Shown piece after piece: positions 37,883 through 46,882 of a stretch of DNA of 64,000 nucleotides (the first letter of the stretch is position 1; every line of letters starts with the position of its first letter). Below the pieces are notes generated by a model. That model made no database searches, was not told the DNA's origin, and saw only the letters and a program-made list of their open reading frames with translations. The DNA is taken from contig PBNK01000026.1 of assembly GCA_002723085.1 (NCBI GenBank), forward strand, positions 8,965-72,964. Direction: 5' to 3'. This DNA comes from Crocinitomicaceae bacterium (GTDB lineage Bacteria; Bacteroidota; Bacteroidia; Flavobacteriales_D; Parvicellaceae). Both the position numbers and the translations under genes were made by a program.

Positions 37883-38152
37883 CTATCGCTTAGAAATTTT
37901 ATTGTTGGAGATACTCTTTTGTCTAGAACATTTGAATCTTTTTATTTCAGAGCTTCTTTTTTTTAGATGTTTTTTACTGACACCGCTATTAACTCTTTTT
38001 CTCCAAAGTTTAAATGACTTTTCTTTTAACTCTTTTCTCATGAGAGAAATTACATCTTTTTCGGTGTAACCAAACTGAAATCGAATGGCCTCAAAAGGTG
38101 TGCGATCTTCCCAAGCCATTTCAATAATTCTATCAATGGAACTATAATTCAT
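37883..38152 (-). CDS. TIGR03643 (DUF2805) family small protein, a family typically linked to photolyase genes
   Basis: The 89-aa product contains DRIIEMAWEDRTPFEAIRFQFG..EKDVI.LMR.ELK..SFKLWRKRV, the family core as I recall it. Confidence 0.75.
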   Translation of the reverse strand: MNYSSIDRIIEMAWEDRTPFEAIRFQFGYTEKDVISLMRKELKEKSFKLWRKRVNSGVSKKHLKKRSSEIKRFKCSRQKSISNNKISKR

Positions 38153-38421
38153 TTCATAAAATTAAAGCTCTAAACAACAATTAGGAATTTTGTTAATCGT
38201 TAATGTTGATATTACTTATTTTTTAAACCATTAATTTCCCCAGTTTAAATATATAGGAATGAAAAAGGTTCCTAAAACACAAATTTTGTAAGCAAATGAT
38301 CAGGATTATCGTAGCGGCCACAGCATCCTAATCTTTTACATCAAGAACGCTGAAGCGAGCTATAATCGTTGAATATACAACTAAAACGGCTATTATTTTT
38401 ATACATTATTCTCTGTAGTTT

Positions 38422-39165
38422 TTATTCTTCCAATATACTTTCAAGTACATTGTAATATCGTGTCGCAATAAATTCCGCTCCTGATTCATTGTAGTGTACA
38501 TCATCAGCCAACAAACTATCATCAAACCCAGTAAACATATCAACAGCAATAACTTGTGATGTAGATGTGCTTTGGTTTGATGAAATATTTAAAACTTCTT
38601 GCTGCATTTGGTCAAGAAAACTAGTCAATTCAGATGTCATTATATCTGATCGACCAGGTGCCATTTGCTCAATAACAATTGTAACATTTGGATTATTAGT
38701 TTGAAGAATTTCAACAATAGAGTTGATGTTTTCAACGGCATCTTCATAAGGTAATCCTTCAAGCGCATCATTTCCGCCAGGTGAACTAAGGAGCACGATG
38801 TCGGGTGATCCAGTCTCACTTAGCCAACTATTTAGTTCATCTAATATTTGACCTGAAGTCCAACCACCTCTTCCTTCGTGGTCGATGTCAAAAATTTTGT
38901 TATCAAAGGAGGCATAAGAGGCATTATCAGATTGTGTTCCAATGAAATCAAAAGTCCAATTATTATCTATCAGGTTTTTCCAAAGTTCGTAACGAAAACT
39001 TTCATATGCAGGTCTTGCACCTTCAACTCTCGAAGCTCCTAAAGGAAGAATCTTGTTTATTGAATTGCTTTGAGGTTTGGAAATTATTTCATTTTCGTCC
39101 TTGTTACAAGAATTGAACATCATTAACGATATCCCGAGGACTAAAATTTTTAATGTCAATTTCAT
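38422..39165 (-). CDS. SGNH/GDSL hydrolase family lipoprotein
   Basis: It has a lipobox (MMFNSC), a block I-like PLGASRVEG, block III PGGNDA and block V DDVHYN. Confidence 0.7.
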   Translation of the reverse strand: MKLTLKILVLGISLMMFNSCNKDENEIISKPQSNSINKILPLGASRVEGARPAYESFRYELWKNLIDNNWTFDFIGTQSDNASYASFDNKIFDIDHEGRGGWTSGQILDELNSWLSETGSPDIVLLSSPGGNDALEGLPYEDAVENINSIVEILQTNNPNVTIVIEQMAPGRSDIMTSELTSFLDQMQQEVLNISSNQSTSTSQVIAVDMFTGFDDSLLADDVHYNESGAEFIATRYYNVLESILEE

Positions 39166-39190
39166 CGTATTGTTTTTTTCAACGGTTTGG

Positions 39191-39229
39191 CTAAAAATAA
39201 GCGTTAGCGACCCGCAGGGTTATTTTTAG
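39191..39229. other. Perfect 10-bp inverted repeat CTAAAAATAA/TTATTTTTAG enclosing a small GC hairpin (ACCC-GCA-GGGT)
   Basis: It lies between the stop of the repeat-protein gene and the start of the SGNH gene. It could be a terminator, an attenuator or a protein-binding site. Confidence 0.35.
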
Positions 39230-39254
39230 GTTTTGTTATGGGTTGGCTTATAAT

Positions 39255-39731
39255 TTAATAAGAATACTTAACAGCATGCCATATCGCAACAAATTCTTCA
39301 ATAGTCACATAACCATCAATTGTAAACTGAATATCACTAGAATAGCTGGAATTTCCAGTGTATACCTTTCCACTTTTTATTGTTGCTATAACATCACTGC
39401 TATAAGACGAAGTTCCCTTGTATATTTTGCTGTCTTTTATGGTCATTACAATATCACTACTATAAGATGAAGTTCCTTTGTACACTTTTCCATCTGAAAT
39501 ATTATAAAGTACATCACTCGAATAAGAGCTCGTGCCTTTATAAACTTTTTTGCCACTTACCTTGCAAATTACATCTGATGAATAACTAGATGTTTTTTTA
39601 TATACTTTATCGTTATTTAGATTACAAATTACATCACTCGAATATGTACTTGTGCCTTTATAAACCTTAGTCTGTGCATTAGCAAAACTCACGGAAATTG
39701 TCAATATTGCTATTAAAATAATCTGTTTCAT
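39255..39731 (-). CDS. Exported tandem-repeat protein (six 20-aa K[VI]YKGTSSYSSD[VI] repeats)
   Basis: A signal peptide (SFANAQ) is followed by 6 consecutive 20-aa repeats and a unique 17-aa tail. The repeats differ at synonymous sites, which supports a real, selected coding frame. Confidence 0.7.
   Translation of the reverse strand: MKQIILIAILTISVSFANAQTKVYKGTSTYSSDVICNLNNDKVYKKTSSYSSDVICKVSGKKVYKGTSSYSSDVLYNISDGKVYKGTSSYSSDIVMTIKDSKIYKGTSSYSSDVIATIKSGKVYTGNSSYSSDIQFTIDGYVTIEEFVAIWHAVKYSY
39309..39668 (-). repeat. Six tandem 60-nt (20-codon) coding repeats
   Basis: The units are KVYKGTSTYSSDVICNLNND / KVYKKTSSYSSDVICKVSGK / KVYKGTSSYSSDVLYNISDG / KVYKGTSSYSSDIVMTIKDS / KIYKGTSSYSSDVIATIKSG / KVYTGNSSYSSDIQFTIDGY. 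Ser codons switch between AGY and TCN among units. Confidence 0.85.
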
Positions 39732-39853
39732 TTTTTAAATTTTATTAAATACCTACTCTTGATTGGATTTTCGGTTACCTCCCTTTTTCTCTATTTTGTA
39801 AATTACCCATAACGAGGGAATATACGTATTACGTTTATTTCCTATATGTTTTT

Positions 39854-40339
39854 TTAGAAATTAACATCTTTAAAATAAAAGATTGAACCTTCTCCGTTCA
39901 TATAAAATTCGGGGATAACTGAATCTTTTAATACATAATCTCCATCAGGGTATACCGCATACCCAAAACCACATTTAAATTTTTCTTCTAGACTAGATAT
40001 GCTTAGTGTATCTCCATCAAGTTTAAAAAACAAGTTGCAATTCATCATATCTCCTTCATTGTCTTTAACAAAGGAATAAGTGTTTTCACCATTTAAAATC
40101 ATTTTCCCTGTAATCGCACCAGAATTATACGAAGGAGCACCTCGACTTACATCTAAACGGAAAAGCGAAGAACTGTCATTAAGAGGATAAATAAGAATGC
40201 TCCCATGACTGCCTCCGCCATTAGCTGATCCAAAGGAATATTCTCCAGCAATTGGTTTTATAAAGCTCTTTTGTGAGGGTTTAAACATAGAACAAGAACA
40301 AAAAAGGAGAATACCAAAGAGGCAAAAAAAAGTTTTCAT
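39854..40339 (-). CDS. Hypothetical lipoprotein
   Basis: It has a lipobox (LLFCSCS). I recognise no family. Confidence 0.55.
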   Translation of the reverse strand: MKTFFCLFGILLFCSCSMFKPSQKSFIKPIAGEYSFGSANGGGSHGSILIYPLNDSSSLFRLDVSRGAPSYNSGAITGKMILNGENTYSFVKDNEGDMMNCNLFFKLDGDTLSISSLEEKFKCGFGYAVYPDGDYVLKDSVIPEFYMNGEGSIFYFKDVNF

Positions 40340-40403
40340 ATAAGACTTAAATAAATCAAAATAGATAATATAATAACAATCTATTATTGATAGTTAAATT
40401 TAA

Positions 40404-40904
40404 CTAAATATTCATTTGATACAAATTATACAAACCAAGAGCTAGTTTTTTTTTGCCCACTTGAGTAAACCCTTGATTTATGTAGTATTGACAAAGTTTT
40501 TTATTTGAAGAATCACAGTCCAACCTTAAAAAATCAAAATTATTTTTTTTTGCTTGTTTGACAATTGTTTTAATTACATTGCTTCCTATATTTCGCCCAG
40601 AAAAGGCTTCTAAAATAACTAGCGAGTGAATGTATTGACTACGGTCATTCAACTTACCCCAATACAAAAGGTCTTCTTCAGAAATCCTTACCATCCCAAG
40701 GAGAATAGAATCTAAACTTTCAATAAAAAAAAATTCATTTTTATTAAACCCATCTTCTACCCATTTTATTTTTTCAATAGGTGGATCAGCCCAATACCTC
40801 CATTGTTCAATATTTTTATTTGATAAAGTTTTAGCCGCAGACTTTAATAAATTAAAAGCAACAGGAATTTCTTTTTTTTCTGCTTTTCGAAGCGTGTAAT
40901 TCAC
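40404..40904 (-). CDS. GNAT family N-acetyltransferase
   Basis: It has the acetyl-CoA binding motif region (LVILEAFSGRNIGSNVI) and the C-terminal YYINQGF. Its GTG start shares 1 nt with the stop codon of the RND pump gene. Confidence 0.8.
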   Translation of the reverse strand: MNYTLRKAEKKEIPVAFNLLKSAAKTLSNKNIEQWRYWADPPIEKIKWVEDGFNKNEFFFIESLDSILLGMVRISEEDLLYWGKLNDRSQYIHSLVILEAFSGRNIGSNVIKTIVKQAKKNNFDFLRLDCDSSNKKLCQYYINQGFTQVGKKKLALGLYNLYQMNI

Positions 40905-43900
40905 TACACTTCAACTTTTAATTCCCATTTCATTTTTTGAAAAAGCCAAATTTTAAAACGATAAAAAGTGTAATACATTATTGGTACAACCACTAAAGTT
41001 AAAAATGTCGCAAAGGTTAACCCATATATTATTGCCAAACTCATGGGTTTAAAGAAGATAACATTATCACCTCCAAAAAATATTTGAGGGTCAAATTCAG
41101 AAATTAAAGTAAAGAAATTGATATTCAACCCTGTTGCTAAAGGAAACAATCCAAGTATAGTAGTTATGGCTGTCAGCAATACGGGCCTTAACCTTGTTTT
41201 GCCACCTTCAATAATAGCAATTTTTATATCATTATGGCTCAATAAATCTTGTTCGTTCATTTCCAGTTCTTTCCTTTTTCGCCTTCTTAAAAGGTTGGTA
41301 TAATCAACCAAAACAATAGCATTATTTACTACGATTCCAGCTAATGAAATTATCCCAATCATGGTCATAATAATGACAAAATCACTTCTTGAGATTACTA
41401 TACCTAAAAACACACCAGATAAACTCAAAATAACAGAGGAAAGAATGATGACAGGTGTTGAAAAAGCGTTAAACTGAGTAACTAAAATTAAAAGAATAAG
41501 AAAAATGGCTATCAATAATGCTGTGCTTAGGAAGGCCATTTCCTTTTCTTGATCTTCCATTTGTCCAGTAAATTTAGCATTATATCCTTCTTTACTAAAC
41601 GCTTTCCCATTGTCGCTTAATTGAAATTCATTCAGCTCTTTTTTTATTTTAGCTACCACCTCATTAGCATTATACCCTTCTTTAACACCAGAAATAATAG
41701 TGACCATATTGGTTAAGTTTTTTCTTTTTATAGCAGCATGCTTATTGACTATTGTTAAATCCTTAACTACAGCACTAACAGGGATGGTTAGTTTTTGACC
41801 CCTATTGTTCATAAACATTACCTTTTGATTTAAAATCGATTCAAGATTAGAACGGTAAGCCCCAGCAAAACGAATGTTTATGTCATAATCTTCTTCATCA
41901 AAAGAATATGTAGAAATGTCTTTACCAAATAAAGATGTTCTGATGTTTTGTCCAATTTGCCCAGTTGATAATCCCACTCTTTTAGCATATTCTCTATCAA
42001 TTTCAAGGTTTATTTCAGCCTTATTTACTTCAACATCTAACTTTAGTTTTTGAACCCCAGAAATGTTTTTAGCAATTAAATATTGTTGAACCACCCTTGC
42101 TTTTTCAGTAAGCAAACCATAGTCATCAGATCCAGTTATTTCAATATTAATGGCCGGCTTCTGAGGAGGGCCATTTTGTTCTTTATCAACAATAATTCCA
42201 ATATCAGCATTAAATTTCCCAGTTAAAGCCTTTTCTATACGTTTTTTAACCTCACTAGTATTGATTCCATTTCTGTGTGAAAATTCACAAAAAGAAACCG
42301 TAATTCTAGCTTTATGAGGGGTTTCTCCAAAAGAAGGCCCATTCATAGGGTCAGAAGTTCCTTTCCCAACTTGTTCAATTACAGAGGCTATAAAAGCAGT
42401 TTCTATTTTAACTCCATTCTTTGATTCTTCATCAACAACTTCTAATAAAGACCTGCTGTCATTTTCAGATACTGGACTGTTTAAAACACTATCTATAGCG
42501 GCTTTAACAAGTAAGGTGTTTTTATTTGTTTTTGAAATGTTTGTTCCAACAGGAAGCTCTACAAAAATGTTTATGTAATTTGGTTGGTTATCAGGGAAGA
42601 ATAAAACTTTTGGAGGGAAAATACCCGTTAAGAAAAAGGATAAAAACAAAGTGATAATTGTACCGCTAATTATCCAAATTGGTCGTTTTCTATTTAGAGA
42701 CCAGCTTAAAAACCTTTTGTAGCCGTTCTCAATTTTTGGCAAAAACTTTTCTTGAAACCATATGGTCATTGGGCTTAAAATAAATGCATTAAGCAATGTT
42801 AAAAGAGCAAAAACAACCAATAGGTTTGCAAGCCAAATCATACTAATTAAATAAAAAGGGACTGAAAGAAACCCAATAATTAAAAAGTATTTAACAGCTC
42901 TTTTTTTACTCACTTTTTCTTCATCAACACGCATTAAAACAGCAATCAAAACAGGGTTTATTACTAAGGCCACAAAAAGAGAAGACCCTAAAACAATCAT
43001 TAGTGTTATGGGTAGATATTGCATAAATTCTCCCATTATTCCTGGCCAAAGCGCAAGAGGAACAAATGCGGCAAGAGTTGTTGCTGTAGAGGCAATAATA
43101 GGCCAAGCTACTTCACCAACTCCTTTTTTAGTTGCTTCAAAAGGGGAGTATCCTTCATCCATTAATCGATAGACGTTTTCAACCACTACAATTCCATTGT
43201 CAACAAGCATCCCTAAAGCAAGCACCAGAGAAAATAAAACCATTATATTTAAACTCACGCCAGCAGAATTAAGCAATATAAAAGAAAGGAACATTGAAAA
43301 CGGAATGGCAATTCCAACAAAGAGAGCATTTCTTAATCCAAGAAAAAACAGCAAAACAAACACCACTAAGATCACTCCAAACACAATAGAGTTTTCAAGA
43401 TTGCTTACTTGAGATCTAATCATAATGGATTGATCATTTGTATAAGTAAGTTTCATGTCTTTAGGAAACTTAGACTCTATTGAGTTTATAGAAACTTTAA
43501 GTTGATCAATAGCATTAATTATATTGGCCCCCGCCCGTTTTTTAACATCCAACATCACTACAGGTTCTCCATTTTGTCTGGCATAACTTGAGGTGTCAGC
43601 ATCAGCAAAAGAAACATCCGCAACATCCCTTAAGTAAATGTTGTCTTGATCCTCATGTTTTACCACTAGGTTTTCTAGGTCTTTAAAATCTTTAAATTTT
43701 CCATCCAGAATTAAAAAATGATCAATTCCGTCTACTTTTAAATTTCCAGCTCCTAAAGTTGTATTTTCACTTTGAATAGCACTTTCTATATCTGAAAAGC
43801 TTACTCTTTTTGCTTCAGCATCAAATTTTCTAACTTCAATTTTTACTTTTTTTATTTGAACCCCTCTTATATCAACAGCATTAATTTCAGGAATGGTTTC

Positions 43901-44428
43901 TACAAGGTCTTTAATTAAATCAGCCTGTTCTTTTAATACATCTACAGGATAATCGCCAGAAAGATTGATATTTATTATAGGAAATTCATTAACATCAATC
44001 TCTTGAATAGTAGGTTCAACGGGTAAATCTTGAGCAAAAGTTTTGGTTGACTTGGCATCACTTAAAGCTTCCTCAACAAATCTTTTAGCATCTTTTGGAG
44101 AAATTCCAAAATCAAATTTGATTTGTAATACTGCAAAATCTTGAATAGATGTTGATGAAATTTCGTCAACCCCCTTTAGCTTATTCAATTCTTTTTCAAA
44201 GGGCTTAATAATTTTATCAGTTATTATTTCAGCGGAATTCCCAGGGTAAGGTATGTTTACATAAATTTCAGGAACTTCGATTTGCGGAAAACTTTCTCTG
44301 GGCATTTTATTGTATGAAGAAATGCCCCCAATTAATAAAATGGCTATTATAAGATAAACTGTTTTTCGATTGTTAATTGCTAAAGACGATAAACCAAATT
44401 CTCGCCAATTTTCTATTTGTTTTTTCAT
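40904..44428 (-). CDS. Efflux RND transporter permease subunit (AcrB/HAE-type)
   Basis: The 1174-aa product has two large periplasmic loops, a conserved TM4 region (LALGMLVDNGIVVVENV) and the second-half equivalent (AGIVVNNAIVLVDY). Confidence 0.95.
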   Translation of the reverse strand: MKKQIENWREFGLSSLAINNRKTVYLIIAILLIGGISSYNKMPRESFPQIEVPEIYVNIPYPGNSAEIITDKIIKPFEKELNKLKGVDEISSTSIQDFAVLQIKFDFGISPKDAKRFVEEALSDAKSTKTFAQDLPVEPTIQEIDVNEFPIININLSGDYPVDVLKEQADLIKDLVETIPEINAVDIRGVQIKKVKIEVRKFDAEAKRVSFSDIESAIQSENTTLGAGNLKVDGIDHFLILDGKFKDFKDLENLVVKHEDQDNIYLRDVADVSFADADTSSYARQNGEPVVMLDVKKRAGANIINAIDQLKVSINSIESKFPKDMKLTYTNDQSIMIRSQVSNLENSIVFGVILVVFVLLFFLGLRNALFVGIAIPFSMFLSFILLNSAGVSLNIMVLFSLVLALGMLVDNGIVVVENVYRLMDEGYSPFEATKKGVGEVAWPIIASTATTLAAFVPLALWPGIMGEFMQYLPITLMIVLGSSLFVALVINPVLIAVLMRVDEEKVSKKRAVKYFLIIGFLSVPFYLISMIWLANLLVVFALLTLLNAFILSPMTIWFQEKFLPKIENGYKRFLSWSLNRKRPIWIISGTIITLFLSFFLTGIFPPKVLFFPDNQPNYINIFVELPVGTNISKTNKNTLLVKAAIDSVLNSPVSENDSRSLLEVVDEESKNGVKIETAFIASVIEQVGKGTSDPMNGPSFGETPHKARITVSFCEFSHRNGINTSEVKKRIEKALTGKFNADIGIIVDKEQNGPPQKPAINIEITGSDDYGLLTEKARVVQQYLIAKNISGVQKLKLDVEVNKAEINLEIDREYAKRVGLSTGQIGQNIRTSLFGKDISTYSFDEEDYDINIRFAGAYRSNLESILNQKVMFMNNRGQKLTIPVSAVVKDLTIVNKHAAIKRKNLTNMVTIISGVKEGYNANEVVAKIKKELNEFQLSDNGKAFSKEGYNAKFTGQMEDQEKEMAFLSTALLIAIFLILLILVTQFNAFSTPVIILSSVILSLSGVFLGIVISRSDFVIIMTMIGIISLAGIVVNNAIVLVDYTNLLRRRKRKELEMNEQDLLSHNDIKIAIIEGGKTRLRPVLLTAITTILGLFPLATGLNINFFTLISEFDPQIFFGGDNVIFFKPMSLAIIYGLTFATFLTLVVVPIMYYTFYRFKIWLFQKMKWELKVEV

Positions 44429-44433
44429 TGGAT

Positions 44434-45564
44434 TTATCTTGAAATTACTTTTATTCTTTGCCCTTCTACAACATTGTTTTTTCCTTCATCAATTATTTTT
44501 GTTCCGGGCTTTAAATTTGAAATTATTTCAACATCATTTCCATTTTGTTTTCCTAATGATACGGAAATAGAAGACACAATGTTGTCAGAATTAATAACTT
44601 TTAGAAAAGATTCGCCTTTAGCATTTTTTGAAATAAGTCTGGTAGAAATAGAAATGCAATTTTCTTTTGAATAATCTCTTATTTTAACGACAGCCATTAG
44701 GTTAGGAACGAGTTTTTCTAAAGGGGAAACAACTTTAGCTTCTATTTTAACCGTTCTGTTTATGGGGTTAATAACCTTTCCAATTCTTGTAATTTTTATA
44801 TTATCAACGCTTTGATTTAAAGAAGGAATAAATGCTGAAACACTATCTCCTATTGAAATTTCTGAAAGCAAATTTTCAGAAACATCAGCAGTTATGTAAA
44901 GATCGTTTAATCCTACTAATTGCAAGACAGGGTTTGCTGGACTTATGGCCTCACCAGATTGTATAAATAATTTTTCTGCGTAACCAGAAAAAGGAGCATA
45001 TAAAATGGTTTTATTTAGTTGAGTCATTAATGTTTGCATAGACTTTTCTAATCCATTATATCTTGATTGTATTTCTTTTAATTGAATCTCTGAACCCACC
45101 CCATCATTATATAGTTTTTGTTGTTTATCAAGTAAAAATTTAGCAAAATCGAGCTGTTCCTTTAATTCTTCTTTTTGAGCCAACAATAATGAGTTAGATA
45201 AATTTAAAACAGGCTCTCCTTTTTTAATAAATTCTCCCTCTTTTACATAAAGAGAACTGATAGTTCCATTAATTTCAGCTCTCAAAATCACTTCTTTTTT
45301 ACTTGAAATTTGACCTTGTAATTCTATAAAATGCTCAAAAAAACTTTCCTCAGCTACTTGAATAGAAACTAAAGGCAGGTCTTCGTTCTGAACTTTTATT
45401 GTATCAAGAGCTAACAGGCTGCTGTCAATTTCGGCCAATTCTTTCTCTAAATTCTCAATTGAGCTAACGACTTCTGATCTTCGAGTGATTAACTCGTCTT
45501 TTGAATTTTTTTCTCCACAAGAAATGGCGATGAACAATAAGGCAATTATTGATTTATTTTTCAT
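44434..45564 (-). CDS. Efflux RND transporter periplasmic adaptor (MFP) lipoprotein
   Basis: It has a lipobox (AISCG), a coiled-coil hairpin, and lipoyl/beta-barrel motifs (V.EG..IKKGEPVL). Confidence 0.9.
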   Translation of the reverse strand: MKNKSIIALLFIAISCGEKNSKDELITRRSEVVSSIENLEKELAEIDSSLLALDTIKVQNEDLPLVSIQVAEESFFEHFIELQGQISSKKEVILRAEINGTISSLYVKEGEFIKKGEPVLNLSNSLLLAQKEELKEQLDFAKFLLDKQQKLYNDGVGSEIQLKEIQSRYNGLEKSMQTLMTQLNKTILYAPFSGYAEKLFIQSGEAISPANPVLQLVGLNDLYITADVSENLLSEISIGDSVSAFIPSLNQSVDNIKITRIGKVINPINRTVKIEAKVVSPLEKLVPNLMAVVKIRDYSKENCISISTRLISKNAKGESFLKVINSDNIVSSISVSLGKQNGNDVEIISNLKPGTKIIDEGKNNVVEGQRIKVISR

Positions 45565-45568
45565 GAAT

Positions 45569-46882
45569 TTATTGATTAATTATTTTGTTTATGGCTAGCT
45601 GTGATGAGATGACATTAAACTCTTTTTTAAGCAATTCTTGTTGAGCAGAAATAACTTGATTTTGAGCCTGTGAAACCAAAAGAACACTACTTGTTCCAGC
45701 TTTATATTTTATAATTTCGTTTTCAAGAACTTTTTCAGCAAAACTCAAACTTTCTTGTGCATTTTTAAGACTCATTTTAGAAAATTTTGAATTGTTTTCA
45801 AGCTGAATAAGCAAAGCAGAAATTTGTGATTCAATGTTTATTAAATCGTTTTGACTTTTTAATAAACTAAGTTCTTTTTGAGTTCTTTTTGATTTACCTT
45901 CTCCACTATTAAAAATAGGGATATTTACCCTAACCCCCCAAACCGTTGCAGGATACCAAGGTAAACTACCGTTTAAAAAATTAAACTCTTCCCTCATGGC
46001 CATTTCTTGATGATTAACAAATCCAGATAAACTGGGGTAACCCTCGCTTTTAACCACTTTTAAGTCAAGGTCACTTAATATTGTGTTTTGCAAAGCAAGC
46101 ATGTAGCTTATAGTTTGATTTGCATTAAAATTTTTAGATAACCCAACCGATGAATTAACGATATCAGCAAAGTTGTCTTCTAGTTTTAAAGAGCTATCTA
46201 ATGGATATCCAATATTGCTTTTTAATTGAATCAAACTTAATTCTTCGTTCATTTTTAACTGGGCAATCGCATTTTCCAATTGTAAAAGCAAAAGGTTTAT
46301 TTCGTCTAACTGATTTAATTCTAAAAAACCTTCTTTAACCATTTTTTGAGTATAGTCGTAAATTTTTTTTATTTGCTCTTTACTATTCTCTGTTAAAGTG
46401 AGGTTTTTATTTATTAATAAAATACTGTAGTATAGCCTTGATATTTTTTCTTGAAAATCAGCTATCTTTTGTTTTTTTATAAGTTGGGTTAAATCAGCAT
46501 ATGCATTAGCAGCACGAATCCCATAAATGTATCTAGCACTAAAAATCAATTGATCTAATCTTAACGAAAGATTGGAATTATAGTCAGTTCCAAATTTCAC
46601 TGGCATCAATTCATTAGTGGGTAATCCAAAAGCGCTAGCGGGAATTACTGTAGTAGGAATGTTTATAAAATTTTGAAAATCTAAACTTCCATTTATTTTA
46701 GGGAGCCCAGCAGAAGTATATTCTTTTATTTTTTGTTCCGCTATTTCTACGTCAATTGAAGCATTTTGTATCTCTGGACTATTTGTATTGGCAAAGTTTA
46801 ATAAATCTTCTAGCGAAGTAGTCTGTGAAACAGCTATGAAATTCATACTAAAAGTTAAAATAGCAATTATATATTTAGTCAT
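45569..46882 (-). CDS. TolC family outer-membrane efflux protein
   Basis: The 437-aa product has a signal peptide and two internal repeats of the coiled-coil/beta pattern. It sits upstream of the MFP and RND genes. Confidence 0.85.
   Translation of the reverse strand: MTKYIIAILTFSMNFIAVSQTTSLEDLLNFANTNSPEIQNASIDVEIAEQKIKEYTSAGLPKINGSLDFQNFINIPTTVIPASAFGLPTNELMPVKFGTDYNSNLSLRLDQLIFSARYIYGIRAANAYADLTQLIKKQKIADFQEKISRLYYSILLINKNLTLTENSKEQIKKIYDYTQKMVKEGFLELNQLDEINLLLLQLENAIAQLKMNEELSLIQLKSNIGYPLDSSLKLEDNFADIVNSSVGLSKNFNANQTISYMLALQNTILSDLDLKVVKSEGYPSLSGFVNHQEMAMREEFNFLNGSLPWYPATVWGVRVNIPIFNSGEGKSKRTQKELSLLKSQNDLINIESQISALLIQLENNSKFSKMSLKNAQESLSFAEKVLENEIIKYKAGTSSVLLVSQAQNQVISAQQELLKKEFNVISSQLAINKIINQ

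Noticed and set aside
39243-39470. Plus-strand 75-aa ORF overlapping the tandem-repeat gene.
   Set aside because: It is an antisense artefact of the 60-nt periodic repeats. The minus-strand frame has a signal peptide and a repeat pattern conserved at the protein level despite synonymous divergence.
39235-39813. A 9-bp inverted repeat GTTATGGGT (39235-39243) / ACCCATAAC (39805-39813) flanking the tandem-repeat gene, which could hint at a mobile cassette.
   Set aside because: Nine bp is short enough to occur by chance within a few hundred nt. There are no target-site duplications or mobility genes and no extension of the match.
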